From Squalus acanthias (lineage: Eukaryota): a stretch of 64,000 nucleotides of DNA. The stretch lies in NCBI GenBank assembly GCA_030390025.1, contig CM059432.1, positions 143,718,001 through 143,782,000 on the forward strand. The letters run 5' to 3'. The position numbers and the translations under genes are program-made. The notes below the pieces were generated by a model. That model saw nothing but the letters and a program-made list of their open reading frames with translations. It had not been told where the DNA came from and searched no databases. Every line of letters starts with the position of its first letter. Position 1 is the first letter of the stretch. This document shows positions 1-12,155 of the stretch, one piece after another.

Positions 1-360
1 TTCCTCATTTACAAAACATTTTAAAGCACTGTATACAATCAATTACTACAGAGCAGAATATTCTTCTCCATCAGTGCAGAGAACAAACTTTTGGGAAGCC
101 ATGAGAAAGTGGATTAGAAATGTTTCTTGTGGAAGTGGAACAAAGACACAGCATTTTAAGCACAACAGACTGCATAAGGTTTCCAGATGTTTGCTAACTG
201 AGGACACCATTAATGCATAGAAAGAATCTCCTTGAGGTCTGCAGAACATTTTCAGTAAATCCTGTTAATGGTTTTGATGGCCATCATTTACTTTGTGTAA
301 AGAAGTTAAAGGGTTAAGTAAATGCCCCAACAGCGAGAGAGGATAAAAGAAGTTTCTTAC

Positions 361-486
361 TTGGTCAACTGGCCTTTGTTTTTATTGTTATCAACACCAT
401 TGTACGTGACTGCAGCCAGCTTTCTGCTCCTGTAATTCTCATAGTGAACATTGTTGGTCACATCCTTCAGATCCTGCATGTGAGTT
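361..486 (-). CDS. SEPTIN7: Septin-7 internal exon (126 nt): (R)[41 protein letters not shown](K)
   Basis: Lies within ORF 357..563; acceptor ttacatag and donor GTAAGA; the [21 protein letters not shown] segment is SEPT7-specific. Confidence 0.98.
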
Positions 487-1846
487 CTATGTAAAACGGG
501 AAACCAGCAGATTACACAATCTGGCAGACAAGTCACACAGCACTGAATACCATCGCAAACCAAGTTCCATGTGCATAATAGCCATCGCTAATATTTAGCC
601 AAGAATGTTTCATTTTACAAGCTTTAATATAAAACATTCCAGGGCATAATAATAACTTACATTAGGATTCTACTTCAATGTGCGTTGTCCTCATTTGGAG
701 TAGTTTACTTAATGAATAACATTTCATTTTAAAATCCATTTTTGGAGTAAATTTCAGGACCGCTGACAAGTTGAGCCGAATTCAAAGCTATTGTACTGGG
801 ACAATCACTGAAAACTGTTGTGAAACTGCCTGAACTTCTAACACTCAATAATTCCAGGGGATCCCCTCGTCTGTGCTACATATAACTATAATGTTCTACA
901 TATTAAAAGGGCACGACTCCATCTCAGCAATGAGCAAGACCTCTGACTGCAAGTGTGTTTGAATAAAAACTGGTTCACACAAAATGTGCATTCAGCAAAA
1001 ACAAATGGCAGAGTTTGCGCCAACAGCTTGTTTCCATCATTATAATAGCCCACACATTTAATAGGTTTCAACTGAGATGGGTCTACATCAGGTGTAGGAT
1101 GATAACTGTGTAACTAACCTCCAGAGGCTGGCAAGAAACTCAGGCTTTTCACAGCAACTCAAGACAGTCAAGTCTTTTGTATATGGAGCTAGATTGAACG
1201 CTCGTAAGTTCCAACTGGCTGATAGCCACCCTACAATCAAATCTTTAGGCTACACATGCCAGCAAGTAGATTCTGTACTGAGTCGCAACATTCAGCCTGC
1301 GAACTGTTCATTCTATTCTTTCTTGTAACACTGAAGCAGAATACAAATAGCGCTTTAACCATTAAAGTCTTCAAACTTATGAAATAAAGGATACAAGAAC
1401 ATAGTACACAGAGGCTTGATCACAGCCAAACGATCATTCCTTTGTAGACGAGCCAGTTTTATAACAGAAGAGAGTTTGTTCTACATCCCTATTTATACTC
1501 CATTGCCAAAGTAAATTACATCAATGTTCAAACTTATCCTTAGAGCTATTCCCTGGATGACATCCACCCGACAATCACGGGTCTTGCTAGGTTTCTGTAA
1601 GCCTCAAGCAAAGATGTTAATTTAACTTTCCAAAATGTACACGCAACAAAAAAAGTGCGCGCTTTCCTTTTCTGTTTCCAGCTTTCTCTTGTTCCTTTTT
1701 CGTACAGAACAAATTAAATTGCAGAAACTCGTACTTCAAAAGGGACCAGAGTAAAATCTCTTTGGTGACCTGGTGTTCAACAACCTATTTACAGTTATGA
1801 GAAGTCGCACAACACCAGGTTATAGTCCAACAGTTTTATTTGAAAC

Positions 1847-1882
1847 CACAAGCTTTCGGAGCTGCTGCCCCTTCGTCAGGTG
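1847..1882 (-). ncRNA. Minimal hammerhead ribozyme motif (PLE family B)
   Basis: Minus strand reads CAC-CUGACGA-A-GGGGC-AGCA-GCUCC-GAAAG-CUU-GUG: full core, stems I and II, palindromic AAGCUU in place of stem III. Confidence 0.8.
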
Positions 1883-1935
1883 AAGTGAAGGAATACGAAT
1901 CGGCAAAGCATATCTAGACAGAGAACAATGCCTGT

Positions 1936-4611
1936 ATCAATCAGGAAATAGTTGAGGCATGTAATAATGGAACATCTATAATTATGGGGGATTTTAACTA
2001 TCTCATTAATTGGACAAATCAAATGGGGCAGGGCTGCCTTGAGGATGAGTTCATTGAGTGTATTAGGGATGGGTTTCTTGAGCAGTATGTAACTGAACCG
2101 ACCAGGGGGCAAGCAACCTTAGATCTGGTCCTGTGTAACGAGACAGGATTAATTAAAAATGTCCTAGTAAAGGATCCCCTTGGAATGAGTGACCATAACA
2201 TGGTTGAATTCCATATTCAATTAGAGGGTGAGAAGGTTGGATCTCAAACAAGCGTGCTAAGCTTGAATAAAGGAGACTATGAAGGTATGCGAGCAGAATT
2301 GAGTAGAGTGGATTGGGAAAATAGATTAAAGGGTAAGACGACACATGATCAGTGGTGTACATTCAAGGAGTTATTTTACAACTTCCAAAAAAAATATATT
2401 CCACTGAAAAGAAAAGGGTGTAAAAGAAAGGACAGTCATCCGTGGCTAAGTAAAGAAATTAAGGATAGTATTCGACTAAAAACAAGGGCATATAAGGTAG
2501 CGAAATCTAGTGGGAGGACAGAGGATTGGGAAAACTTTAAAAGGCAGCAAAAAATAACAAAAAGATTGATTAAGAAAGGGAAGATAGATTAAGAAAGTAA
2601 ATTAGCAAAAAATATAAAAACAGATAGTAAGAGTTTTTATAGTTATATAAAAAGAAAAAGGGTGGCTAAAGTAAATGTTGGTCCCTTAGAGGATGAGACC
2701 GGGAAATTAATGGTGGGAAATATGGAGATGGCAAAAACACTGAATGAATATTTTGTATCAGTCTTTACAGTAGAGGACACTAAGAATATCCCAACACTGG
2801 ACAAACAGGGGGCTATAGGGGGAGAGGAGCTAAACACGATCAAAATCACTAAGGAAGTGGTACTCGGTAAAATAATGGGACTCAAGGCGGATAAATCACC
2901 TGGACCTGATGGCTTACATCCTAGAGTCTTGAAGGAAGTGGCGGTAGGGATTGTAGATGCATTGGTAATAATTTTTCAAAACTCCCTGGATTCCGCTAAG
3001 GTCCCGGCAGACTGGAAAACTGCTAATGTAACACCCTTATTTAAAAAGGGCAGTAGACAGAAGGCTGGTAACTATAGACCGGTTAGCCTAACATCTGTGG
3101 TAGGTAAAATTTTGGAGTCCATTATTAAGGAAACAGTAACAGGACATTTGGATAATCATAATTTAATAGGACAAAGTCAGCATGGTTTTACGAAGGGGAA
3201 GTCATGTTTGACAAATTTGCTGGAGTTCTTTGAGGAAGTAACATATAGAGTGGATAAAGGGGAACCAGTGGACGTAGTGTATTTAGACTTCCAAAAGGCA
3301 TTTGACAAGGTGCCACACAAAAGATTATTGCTTAAGGTAAAAAATCACGGGATTGGGGGTAATATTCTGGCATGGATAGAGGATTGGCTATCTAACAGAA
3401 AGCAAAGAGTTGGGATAAATGGTTCATTCTCAGACTGGCAATCAGTAACTAGTGGTGTTCCACAGGGGTCAGTGCTGGGTCCCCAACTCTTTACAATCTA
3501 TATTAACGATTTGGAGGAAGGGACCAAGTGTAACATATCAAAATTTGCAGATGATACAAAGATGGGAGGGAAAGTAGTGAGTGAGGAGGACATAAAAAAC
3601 CTGCAAGGGGACATAGACAGGCTAAGTAAGTGGGCAGAGATTTGGCAGATGGAATACAACACTGGAAAGTGTGAGGTGATGCACTTTGGCAGGAAAAATC
3701 CTAGAGCAATTTATTATCTTAATGGCAAGAAACTGGAGAGTACTGAAGTGCAAAGGGATCTGGGGGTCCTGGTGCACGAAACTCAAAAGGTTAGTATGCA
3801 GGTGCAGCAAGTGATTAAGAAGGCAAATGGAATGTTGGCTTTTATTGCTAGGGGGATAGAATATAAAAATAGGGAGGTATTGCTTCAGTTGTACAAGGTA
3901 TTGGTGAGACCGCACCTGGAATACTGCATACAGTTTTGGTGTCCTTACTTAAGGAAAGACATCCTTGCTCTCGAGGCAGTGCAAAAAAGGTTCACTCGGT
4001 TAATCCCGGGGATGAGGGGGTGGTCATATGAGGAGAGGTTGTGTAGATTGGGACTCTACTCATTGGAGTTCAGAAGAATGAGGCGATCTTATTGAAACAT
4101 ATAAGATTGTGAAGGGGTTGGATCGGGTGGATGCGGGGAGGATGTTCCCGATGACGGGTGAGACAAGAACTAGGGGACATAGTCTTAGAATAAGGGGCTG
4201 CTCTTTCAAAACTGAGATGAGGAGGAACTACTTCACTCAGAGGGTGGTAGGTCCATGGAATATGCTGCCACAAAAAGCTGTAGAAGCTACATCATTAAAT
4301 AAATTTAAAACAGAAATAGACAGTTTCCTAGAAGTAAAGGGCATTAAGGGTTACGGGGAGCGGGCAGGAATTTGGACATGAGTCTAGGTTCGGATCGGTC
4401 ATGGCCCTGTGGGTAGTGGAGCGGGCCCAGGGACCGTGTAGCCTGATTCTGCTCCTATTTCGTGTGTGCAATTCTGTTAGATGCAGGAGATGGTTCTGTG
4501 ATAGTAGATAGTAGATTGGCGGTTAGGATCAGATCAGCCATGATCTTATTGAATGGCGGAGCAGGCTCGAGGGGCCGATTGGCCTACTCCTGCTCCTATT
4601 TCTTATGTTCT
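1936..4611 (+). mobile_element. Young 5'-truncated CR1 LINE (shark HER1-like); ORF2 with APE C-terminal part and RT
   Basis: ORFs 1984-2592, 2662-4095 and 4109-4381 carry MGDFN, LDLVL, SDH, YRPVSLTS, QHGF, DFQKAFDKV, GVPQGSVLGP and FADD; one in-frame TAA (2590) and one frameshift (~4082); CR1 3' stem-loop and TTCTTATG tail. Confidence 0.95.
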
Positions 4612-6408
4612 TGTGTAGCGTACAATCTCAGACAACTACAGTTAATCTATCTGACTGCCTAATCAGATAGATTAACTGTAGTCGTCTGACATTGTTTGCA
4701 GAAGTAATGTGATATATGACTGGTGAGTAATTTATTTGGCAGTGACAGGAGTTTAGTTTTTTTACGATGAACATTATAAAAATACATAACCAATAAATAT
4801 TGTAAAGTGAAGCCCAACTCAGTTTTCCAACCATTTCCACATATTAAGCCGCAAGATTATGGGGTTTGCAGACAGGAAAATTATGGTTGAGTAAAATTAC
4901 TTGGTAGAAAATTAATTTCTCCTCCAAATCATGATGTTTGAATGGCTACTTTTGTAAGGCATTTACTGTCAGTCAGCAGATGTGAAAGAATAGTTATTTG
5001 GAATGTCCCTTCCCCCCCACACACATTGCCCAGAATACATGGGAACAGTACCGTTTAAGGTCATTCTCTCGTTTTCATGTAGCACGGCTGTCCTACAGCC
5101 TATCACTTTCATAAATCCGAGCAGGTCTTTTGTTTTGTTTTTGCTAACAGTAGAAACCTTTTACAATTAACTTTTAATAAAAATGTCACCAATATGGAGC
5201 TCATTACAGATGTGAAATACCAATGGAGGTTTTTTTTTGGCCGGGGGGGAGGAGATGGAAAAACACATCAAAATGACTTCAAATATAGACCAACACTGAT
5301 CTAGAATATTAAATTCTAGTTTTGTTACTCAAGTATCTTATGTATTGACATACGTGACATACTTGACAGCTTTTGAAATTCTGAAACAAAAAATTAATTA
5401 TTGGTGAGAGAACGGAAACAGATACAGCTGACCAGAGTGATCACACTTGAAGCTACCTACCTGCCAACAAACACCCAGCTTTGTCGTAGCAGATAGCCCA
5501 GCCTTCCCCGCCACCCCACCCCACCCCACCAAAAGCTGAAAACTCAAACTGACAACTGAAAAACAATCATGAATAAAGGTCTAGGGACAAGGTCACTGAC
5601 AGAAGCAACTGATGAAGTTAAATTCCTTCATATTACATTCGAAGACAGGATTATTGGTGTTTTCAGATCACAATCTGCAATTCAATTTGTTTTTCGATAC
5701 AACGCTGCTTTGAACACCCCCACTCAAAGTAGCTCTCACTCTTCCCCACCATGGCTCAGTATCAACTAATTCACCACAGGAATTTGGATGGATAATGACA
5801 AAGCTGTTGAGGCATGAAATAAGAAACTGATGTGGGCATAGTACAGTTGTGAACTGTCCGCCTTGGTGCGCTCAGTTTCCCTGCCTCCGTTAGCACTGTG
5901 TGTGGAGGCCTCAAAACTGATTTCCAGAACCCCCCTCTCCTCCAATAGGGGCTGGAAAAGCTGACTGTCAATGTGAAAAGCAGGCACTTGGCTACTGTGA
6001 AACTGCCCATCTAAATCGAGGTAAAGAGCGACAAATCATTTGCAAATGATTATAAACTTAGGCTGCTTTTACAGTTTAAACACAATCTTTCAAGGAAGGG
6101 ATTAGAAATCCATATCCCATCAAGATGTCTTTTTCGATTCAAGATAATCAGACTTCAGGTACAAGAGCTGACACTGCCTGTGCAGTTTAAGGATACCAAA
6201 CAATTTATTTTGTAAACATTCACTTCTACACCTCAAAGAAATGGCAACTCCCCCTTGAGAATGCAGACAATGTGGTGACTTACAATTTTAATTTGATTTG
6301 TGTCAAATAGATAGGCTTACATTTTCATTATACAACATATTAAGAGTACAATTGTAAAAGAAATAGTTGAGTTGAATACAATATTTGGTAGAAAGCTGGG
6401 CTGGTGGG

Positions 6409-6559
6409 CAACGTCCCCTCTAATTTTTTTTGGGTGCGCGGCCCCTTTAGCAGGTTGTGCACCCCAAATTTCCACGTATGCGCGGTTTTTCCATTGTAAA
6501 GCCGGTAAGTGGCCTGCGCAGAACCTCCAGACGGGCAGCGCAGCTCAACGGGAACGTTG
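6409..6559. mobile_element. hAT-type MITE copy 1
   Basis: TIRs CAACGTCCC/GGGAACGTTG; 8-bp flanks CTGGTGGG/TTAGTGGG; internal similarity to 37384-37526 and 49552-49897 in opposite orientation. Confidence 0.75.
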
Positions 6560-6838
6560 TTAGTGGGATGACCAGAGGTTTATAAGACCTTATATGGTCT
6601 TGGTTTGGGGCTTCTGTTTGCTTGGTACGGAGCCTTGGAGCGCTGGCCATAGCAACAAAGTGGCTGATGGGCTGCATTATCTTTTAGTCTTTGGGCTCCG
6701 AGAGACAATGGTGAAGCAGCGTTTACTGCCCAAACCGAGTAACCCTGAGAGCATCAAGAGTCAACCATCTAGCGTGGAACTAAGGTCACATGTAGGCCAG
6801 ACTAGGTAGGGCTGGCAGGTTCCTTCGAGTTAAAGCCT

Positions 6839-6864
6839 GGGGGGGGGGGGGGGGGGGGGGGGGG
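6839..6864 (+). repeat. Poly-G tract (~26 nt)
   Basis: Direct reading. Confidence 0.9.
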
Positions 6865-7631
6865 AGAGGAGAAATCCTATTGTTCTCGTCACTCAAACTC
6901 TCCTCCTTTGAAGGGGAGGCATCTAAAGGCAGTTCAATGCCAGGTAGCAAAAGGGCACTAAACGATATGTGAGCAAGGCCCTGACACAAAGTCACTTGTG
7001 AGATGAAATCATGCAATAGTGAGGCAGTGGTGGCATTTCACACTTCCTCGAGGGAAGCGAAGAATAAAGTGCCAGTGTGTCCAAGGATCACAAATCGGGA
7101 GTAGTTAGCCTCATGGATACTAAACGATATGCATGGTTGCAAGTCAATGTCAAAGTCCTCAATGGGTACATGAATTCATACAAGATGTTATTGACCGACT
7201 TCCATGGGTGACACCAACCTGTGCCACCTCACTGCAGCTATAGTCCAGTAAGGCACACTCTAATGGCCCTGTTTTTGGCTCCACTAGACAAATTAGTTCA
7301 ATGTCACTTCTACCAAAGAAGGTGGGTTAGTAAAGCTGACCTATAATAGTACAACTGTTGATTTTCTTGAGGCCCTAGGTCAGTGTTCTAGCTGAAAATC
7401 CTAAGCAACTTATAGGAAGCCATGCGTTACGGTGAGGTACCTCAAGCATGCTGCATTTCAGGTGATAATTAAATTTGGACATTATTTTCATCATCTTGAT
7501 TTGGCACTGGTGAAACTGGAATTAATTTAGTTTTCAATGGCAGGACTCCACTGCCAAAATGTGTTCTTGTAGGAATGATGTAGCAGCAACATCCCATCAG
7601 GTTTTAGAACATTTTCCTATATAAAATACTA

Positions 7632-8056
7632 TAGTTTGGCCCCAGCTGGAATACTGTGTCCAATTCTGGGCACCACACTTTAGGAAGGACATGAAGGCTT
7701 TGGAGAGGGTACAGATGAGATTTACTAGAATGGTTCCAGGGATGAGGGAATACAGTTACGTGGATAGACTAGAGAAGCTGGGGTTGTTCTCCTTGGAGGA
7801 CAGAAGGCGAAAAGGAGATTTGATAGAGGTGTTTAAAATCATGAAGGGTTTTAGATAGAGGAAATAAAGAGAAACTGTTTCAAAAGGGTGGTGGGGATAC
7901 AGAGTCAATAGTAGCCTTCAAAAGGAAATTGGATAAATACTTGGAGAAAAAATTGCAGGGATATGGGGGGTGCGACTAACTGGATTGCTCTTTGAAAGAG
8001 CCAGCGCAGACTCGATGGGCCGAATGGCCTCCTCCTGTGCTGTACTATTCTATGAT
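7632..8056 (+). mobile_element. CR1 LINE 3' fragment
   Basis: Decayed RPQLEYCVQFWAPHFRKD coding; 3' end gatgggccgaatggcctcctcctgtgctgtactattctatg. Confidence 0.85.
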
Positions 8057-8624
8057 TTTAAAGGGCTGTCGTCTCTTGTAGCTTAAGTTACAACTGCTAA
8101 ATAGCCAGGCTCACCGGGTATGGAAAATTTGAGATGGAGATAGAATGTCGAGCAACCAGGAAATGGTGGATATGCAATTTGTATTGGTGTTCAGAGAAGC
8201 TGCTGCTGATACGCTCCCAGATGAGGGGGTTAAATTTCCAGGAATTGAGGAGGAAATTAAGGGCAATAGTAATTACTAATAGTGAAGTGATGCAAACTGC
8301 GTTGAAGGCACTGATAAAGAATACTGCCAGGGTCTGAATAACCTGCACAAAACAAAACTGGACATGTTCTGGTAGATCTTTAAGGAACCATTAGAACCTG
8401 GACTAGAGAGAAGGGAACATAATACCTCTGTAAAAAGGGGATAAAAGGGACTGGCCTAGAAATTCCAGATTGTTCAGTCCAACTTCTGTCATGGGCAAAA
8501 TGCTGGACATTATCCTGAAGAAGGGTATTGTGAAACACCGAAGTATGAAAGCATCAGGGCAAGGAGGCATGGCTCTATGGGAAAAGGAGATTACACTAAA
8601 AAGAACTTGGCGGCTATTGTTTAA

Positions 8625-8810
8625 CAACAACAACTTGTATTTATATAGCACCTTTAATGTTGAAAATCATCCCACGGTGCTTCACAGGAGCGATTATCAA
8701 ACAAAATCTGAGAGTCATGGAAGGAGATGTTACGGTAGATGAAGAGAGGTAGGTTATAAGGAGTGTCTTAGAGGAAAGAGAGGGAGAGAAGCAGAGAGGT
8801 TTAGCAAGGT
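8625..8810 (-). mobile_element. L2 LINE 3' end
   Basis: Reverse complement of the tail gtgctatataaatacaagttgttg shared with 34340-34365, 51100-51122 and 59415-59440. Confidence 0.7.
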
Positions 8811-8940
8811 TAATAAGGAATAGTTGTGGCAGTTATTTAAGAGGATTGACAACTGGCTGCATATCAAAAGGGTGCTTATCCATGGAGCTGCATCAGAGCG
8901 GCAGGAAGTGATTAGTGAGGTGCTCCAAGTATTAGTGGAC

Positions 8941-9274
8941 AGAAGCTGGCAGCTGTCCTTCATTCTGCCAGTGCATTTCACACTTCATTTAGCCTCAACC
9001 TGTTACATCAATACCTCCTCTTGCCTTGATTATCTCTTAATGTCTCAATGTCTCTTAATCTCTCCTTTTGTTCTTTCATCCCCTCCCCCTTTTCCCAGCT
9101 TTATCCTTGCTTTAAATCTATTTCATTTCCTGCTTTTTTCCAGTTCTGACGAAAGGTCTTCGACCTGAAACGTTAACTCTGTTTCTCTCTCCACGGATGC
9201 TGCCTGGCCTGCTGAGTTTTCCAGTGTTTTCTGTTGTTATTTCGGATTTCCAGCATCCGCAGTATTTTGCTATC
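8941..9274 (+). mobile_element. Penelope-like element (family A) 3' pseudo-LTR with hammerhead motif at 9142-9178
   Basis: 12-bp TSD GTATTAGTGGAC (8929-8940 / 9275-9286); AGUU-CUGACGA-A-AGGUC-UUC-GACCU-GAAAC-GUU-AACU. Confidence 0.85.
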
Positions 9275-9830
9275 GTATTAGTGGACGGGACTTTTGCGTT
9301 CAAGTTGTATACCACAGATTTGGAAGTTCAGATAGAGACAAAACTGCCAAAATGCTCCAATGACAAGGTGGGGGAGGGAGGTTTTCAACCAATCAAGAGC
9401 AGGCTGATCAGGTGTAGAACGATCTAGATACATTGGGATGTTGGTCTGAGAAATGAAATTCAACAATGAAAAGTGTAAATGTTTACAATTTTTTAAATAG
9501 CGTTTTAATAGGGAATAAGTTGAGATTATTTCCTCTAGTTGGGGGGTGGGGGGGGGATGTCAATGACAAGGGGGGGGGGGTCATCAATTTAAAACTGTCC
9601 GAGCGAGGAGTGGGGATGTCAGAAACTTCTTTACACAGAGGGTTTTTGGAGCATGGAATGGATCACCACAGGGAGTGACTGAGGCAGAGACCATTGCTTC
9701 TTTTAAGGAAAGACTGGATTACATTTTTGAAGCAGAGAAATATAAAGGGCTATGGGGAGAAAACAGGGCAGTGGGATTAGTTATTGATTGGTCCAAAGAG
9801 CTAAACGGCCTCCTATTATGCTGTAAACAT

Positions 9831-10746
9831 CAAAACAAAAGCAAAATACTGCGGATGCTGGAAATACTCAGCACGTCAGGCAGCATCTGTGGAGACAGAA
9901 ACAAAGTTAACGTTTCAGGTCGATGACCTTTCATCAGAACTGGAAAAAGTTAGAGATGTAACAAGTTTTAACCAAGTACAGAGGCAGGGAAAGGGGTGGG
10001 GAGGTGGAAAGAACAAACGCAAAGGTCTGTGATAGGGTGGGAAGCAGGAGAGATTAATCTCGTCCCTTCCCACCGGCCGGGGCCCCAAACACTCCTTCCA
10101 GGTGAAACAGTGATTTACTTGCACTTCTTGCAATTCAGTATACTGTATTTGCTGCTCACTGTGCGGTCTCCTCTACATTGGGGAGATCAATCACAGATTG
10201 GGCGACGGCTTTGCAGAACACCTCCGTTCAGACCGTAAGGGTGACCCTGAGCTTCCGGTTGCCTGTCTTTTTAATTCTCCGCTGCACTCCCACTCTGAGC
10301 TCTCTGTCATCGGCCTGCTACACTGTTCTAATGAAGGTCAATGTAAGCTCGAGGAACAGCACCTCATTTTTCGATAAGGCACTTTACAGCCTTCTGGACT
10401 CAACATCAGATTCAACAATTTCAGATCATAATCACTGCCCCCATTTTTTCGGACAGCAGCTGTTGGCAATGATTCTGCTATTCCCATTTGCACCTCCTCT
10501 AGACCCATCTTTTGTTTCTTTACTTATTCCATTACCCCCTCCTTTTGTCTTGCACCCTATCAGACGTTCCCCTTTGTTCTTTCCTCCCCTCACCCCTTTC
10601 CCTGCCTCTGTACTTGCTTAAAACCTGTTACATCTCTAACCTTTTCCAGTTCTGAGGAAAGGTCATTGACCTGAAACGTTAACTCTGTTTCTCTCCCCAC
10701 AGAGGCTGCCTGACCTGCTGAGTATTTCCAGCATTTTCTGTTTTTA
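9831..10746 (+). mobile_element. Penelope-like element (family A), GIY-YIG remnant with an inverted 5' pseudo-LTR
   Basis: 10110-10230 encodes FTCTSCNSVYCICCSLCGLLYIGEINHRLGDGFAEHLRS (GIY-YIG); 9850-10055 is an inverted copy of the 3' repeat; TSD ATGCTG(T/A)AAACAT at 9818-9830 / 10747-10759; hammerheads at 9905-9941 (-) and 10648-10684 (+). Confidence 0.9.
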
Positions 10747-10829
10747 ATGCTGAAAACATTAATGGTTCTGTGGAACACAAAGTGATGAGACTGGAGAACA
10801 GAACAGATTGGAACTATAAAATAAAGTGT

Positions 10830-11490
10830 TAGTCTACAGGATACAGTAAAGGAAAAGGATTTGGGGGTATTATGGACAGATTGTTGAATCCATCTGCAGA
10901 GTGTGTGGCAGTAGTAGATACAGTAAATAGGACCTTGGTTTATTTATCGCATGGAATAGACCTAAAATACAGAACATGATAACAGGGCTACTCAGAGCAT
11001 TGGCTCGACCCTGTGGGGAGTAACACGTGCATTTCTGGCCGTCATATTACAGGAAGGGCATCCTGGTACTCCAAAAGGCTACCCATCTGATACCTGGCAT
11101 CAGACACTTGAGCTACCAGAGACTACAGAAACTGAGTTTGCTTATACTAGCAAGAGGAAGATGACAAGTGAATCTTACAAATATGCAAGATCCTTAAGAG
11201 CAGTGACAAGCTGAACCCGAGGAAACAGCTTACCATGACCCCAAGAATGATAATGAGGCCCGAGATGGTTCTCAGAAGTGGGAGGGTGAACTGAGAGATC
11301 ATATATTCACACAGTGAGGAATGTTTGGAATGGACTGTCAAGTAATTTTAAGAGCGAGCTGGATAGGCATTTGGCAAGAAAATCAATTAAGGGGTATAGG
11401 CAGTGAACTGTGTATTTGGTTATTGAACTCTTGGGATGGCCAGATGAACAGAAATGATCTTTTCCAGTCCTGTACATTCCTATGTTCCAA
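10830..11490 (+). mobile_element. Old decayed CR1 LINE 3' part
   Basis: Residual KEKDLGV and RALARP...HFWPSYYRK coding; CR1-like 3' end ttcctatgttcc. Confidence 0.6.
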
Positions 11491-12103
11491 CAAAATACTA
11501 GACAAGTATAACTCAAAGTATTGTTTTATTTTCAAATATCTACCAAGGCCAATGAAGAACAGGTAGAAAATATTAAAATATACACAAAGGCAAATTATTT
11601 GCTGCCATTGTAAATACTTCTGCTTTGCAGGAGATTGAAAATCAATGTTTTAATTCTCTGTAAAGTAGTACTGTTTATTACAACTGCTGGAAATGACAGA
11701 TGTCGAAGCAAAGTTGATTGGCACATGTGCAGGGGAATTCATGGCATCTAAAGACAATGCACAATCACTGAAAAAGTGCAAGAGCAAAAATATAAAAGTA
11801 CAGAACCACCAAACTAGGACTGAGACACTATTGAGAAGGGACCATATTGATGTATTGCACACACAAATCTGTTACAACCTACTGTACTTCTAACATGGGC
11901 TGATCTTCTCAAAAGTTGTTTAAAGAGGCAATTTTCAAACACTACTACTTCAGAATTTTATTTTAGCTACTGTTTCTCTATGAAAAAAAAAATCTTCAAA
12001 ATAAGGCCGAGCTTAATAACACCAGTCCCATGAGGCCAAAGCCGTGCCTGTAATAACAATGCAGTGGCATTAAATGTTGATCAGTCAGACATGTCCACCT
12101 TAC

Positions 12104-12155
12104 CTGATCAGCATGTTTCGTAGGATCGTGAAGTCGCAGTGCTCACTATTTTCAA
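12104..12155 (-). CDS. SEPTIN7: Septin-7 internal exon (52 nt): (V)ENSEHCDFTILRNMLI(R)
   Basis: Manual translation; acceptor ctctcttatag and donor GTAAGG; phase 1/2 fits its neighbours. Confidence 0.96.

Larger units (their letters stand above)
1798..4695 (-). mobile_element. Penelope-like element (family B) 3' fragment, split by a CR1 insertion (PLE parts ~1798-1935 and ~4612-4695)
   Basis: Both parts are collinear with the uninterrupted copy at 33340-33530; contains a hammerhead motif and ends in an inversion hairpin. Confidence 0.8.
8110..9830 (+). mobile_element. Old, highly decayed CR1 LINE interrupted by an L2 3' end (~8625-8810) and a PLE (8941-9274)
   Basis: Residual RT-like peptides (FSPTSVMGKMLDIILK, KLPKCSND) and a CR1 3' end near 9800. 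Confidence 0.6.

Noticed and set aside
2662..4095. 477-aa reverse transcriptase ORF as a host gene, retron or DGR-type system
   Set aside because: It is CR1 ORF2, 5'-truncated with a stop and a frameshift, with many paralogous decayed copies in a eukaryotic intron
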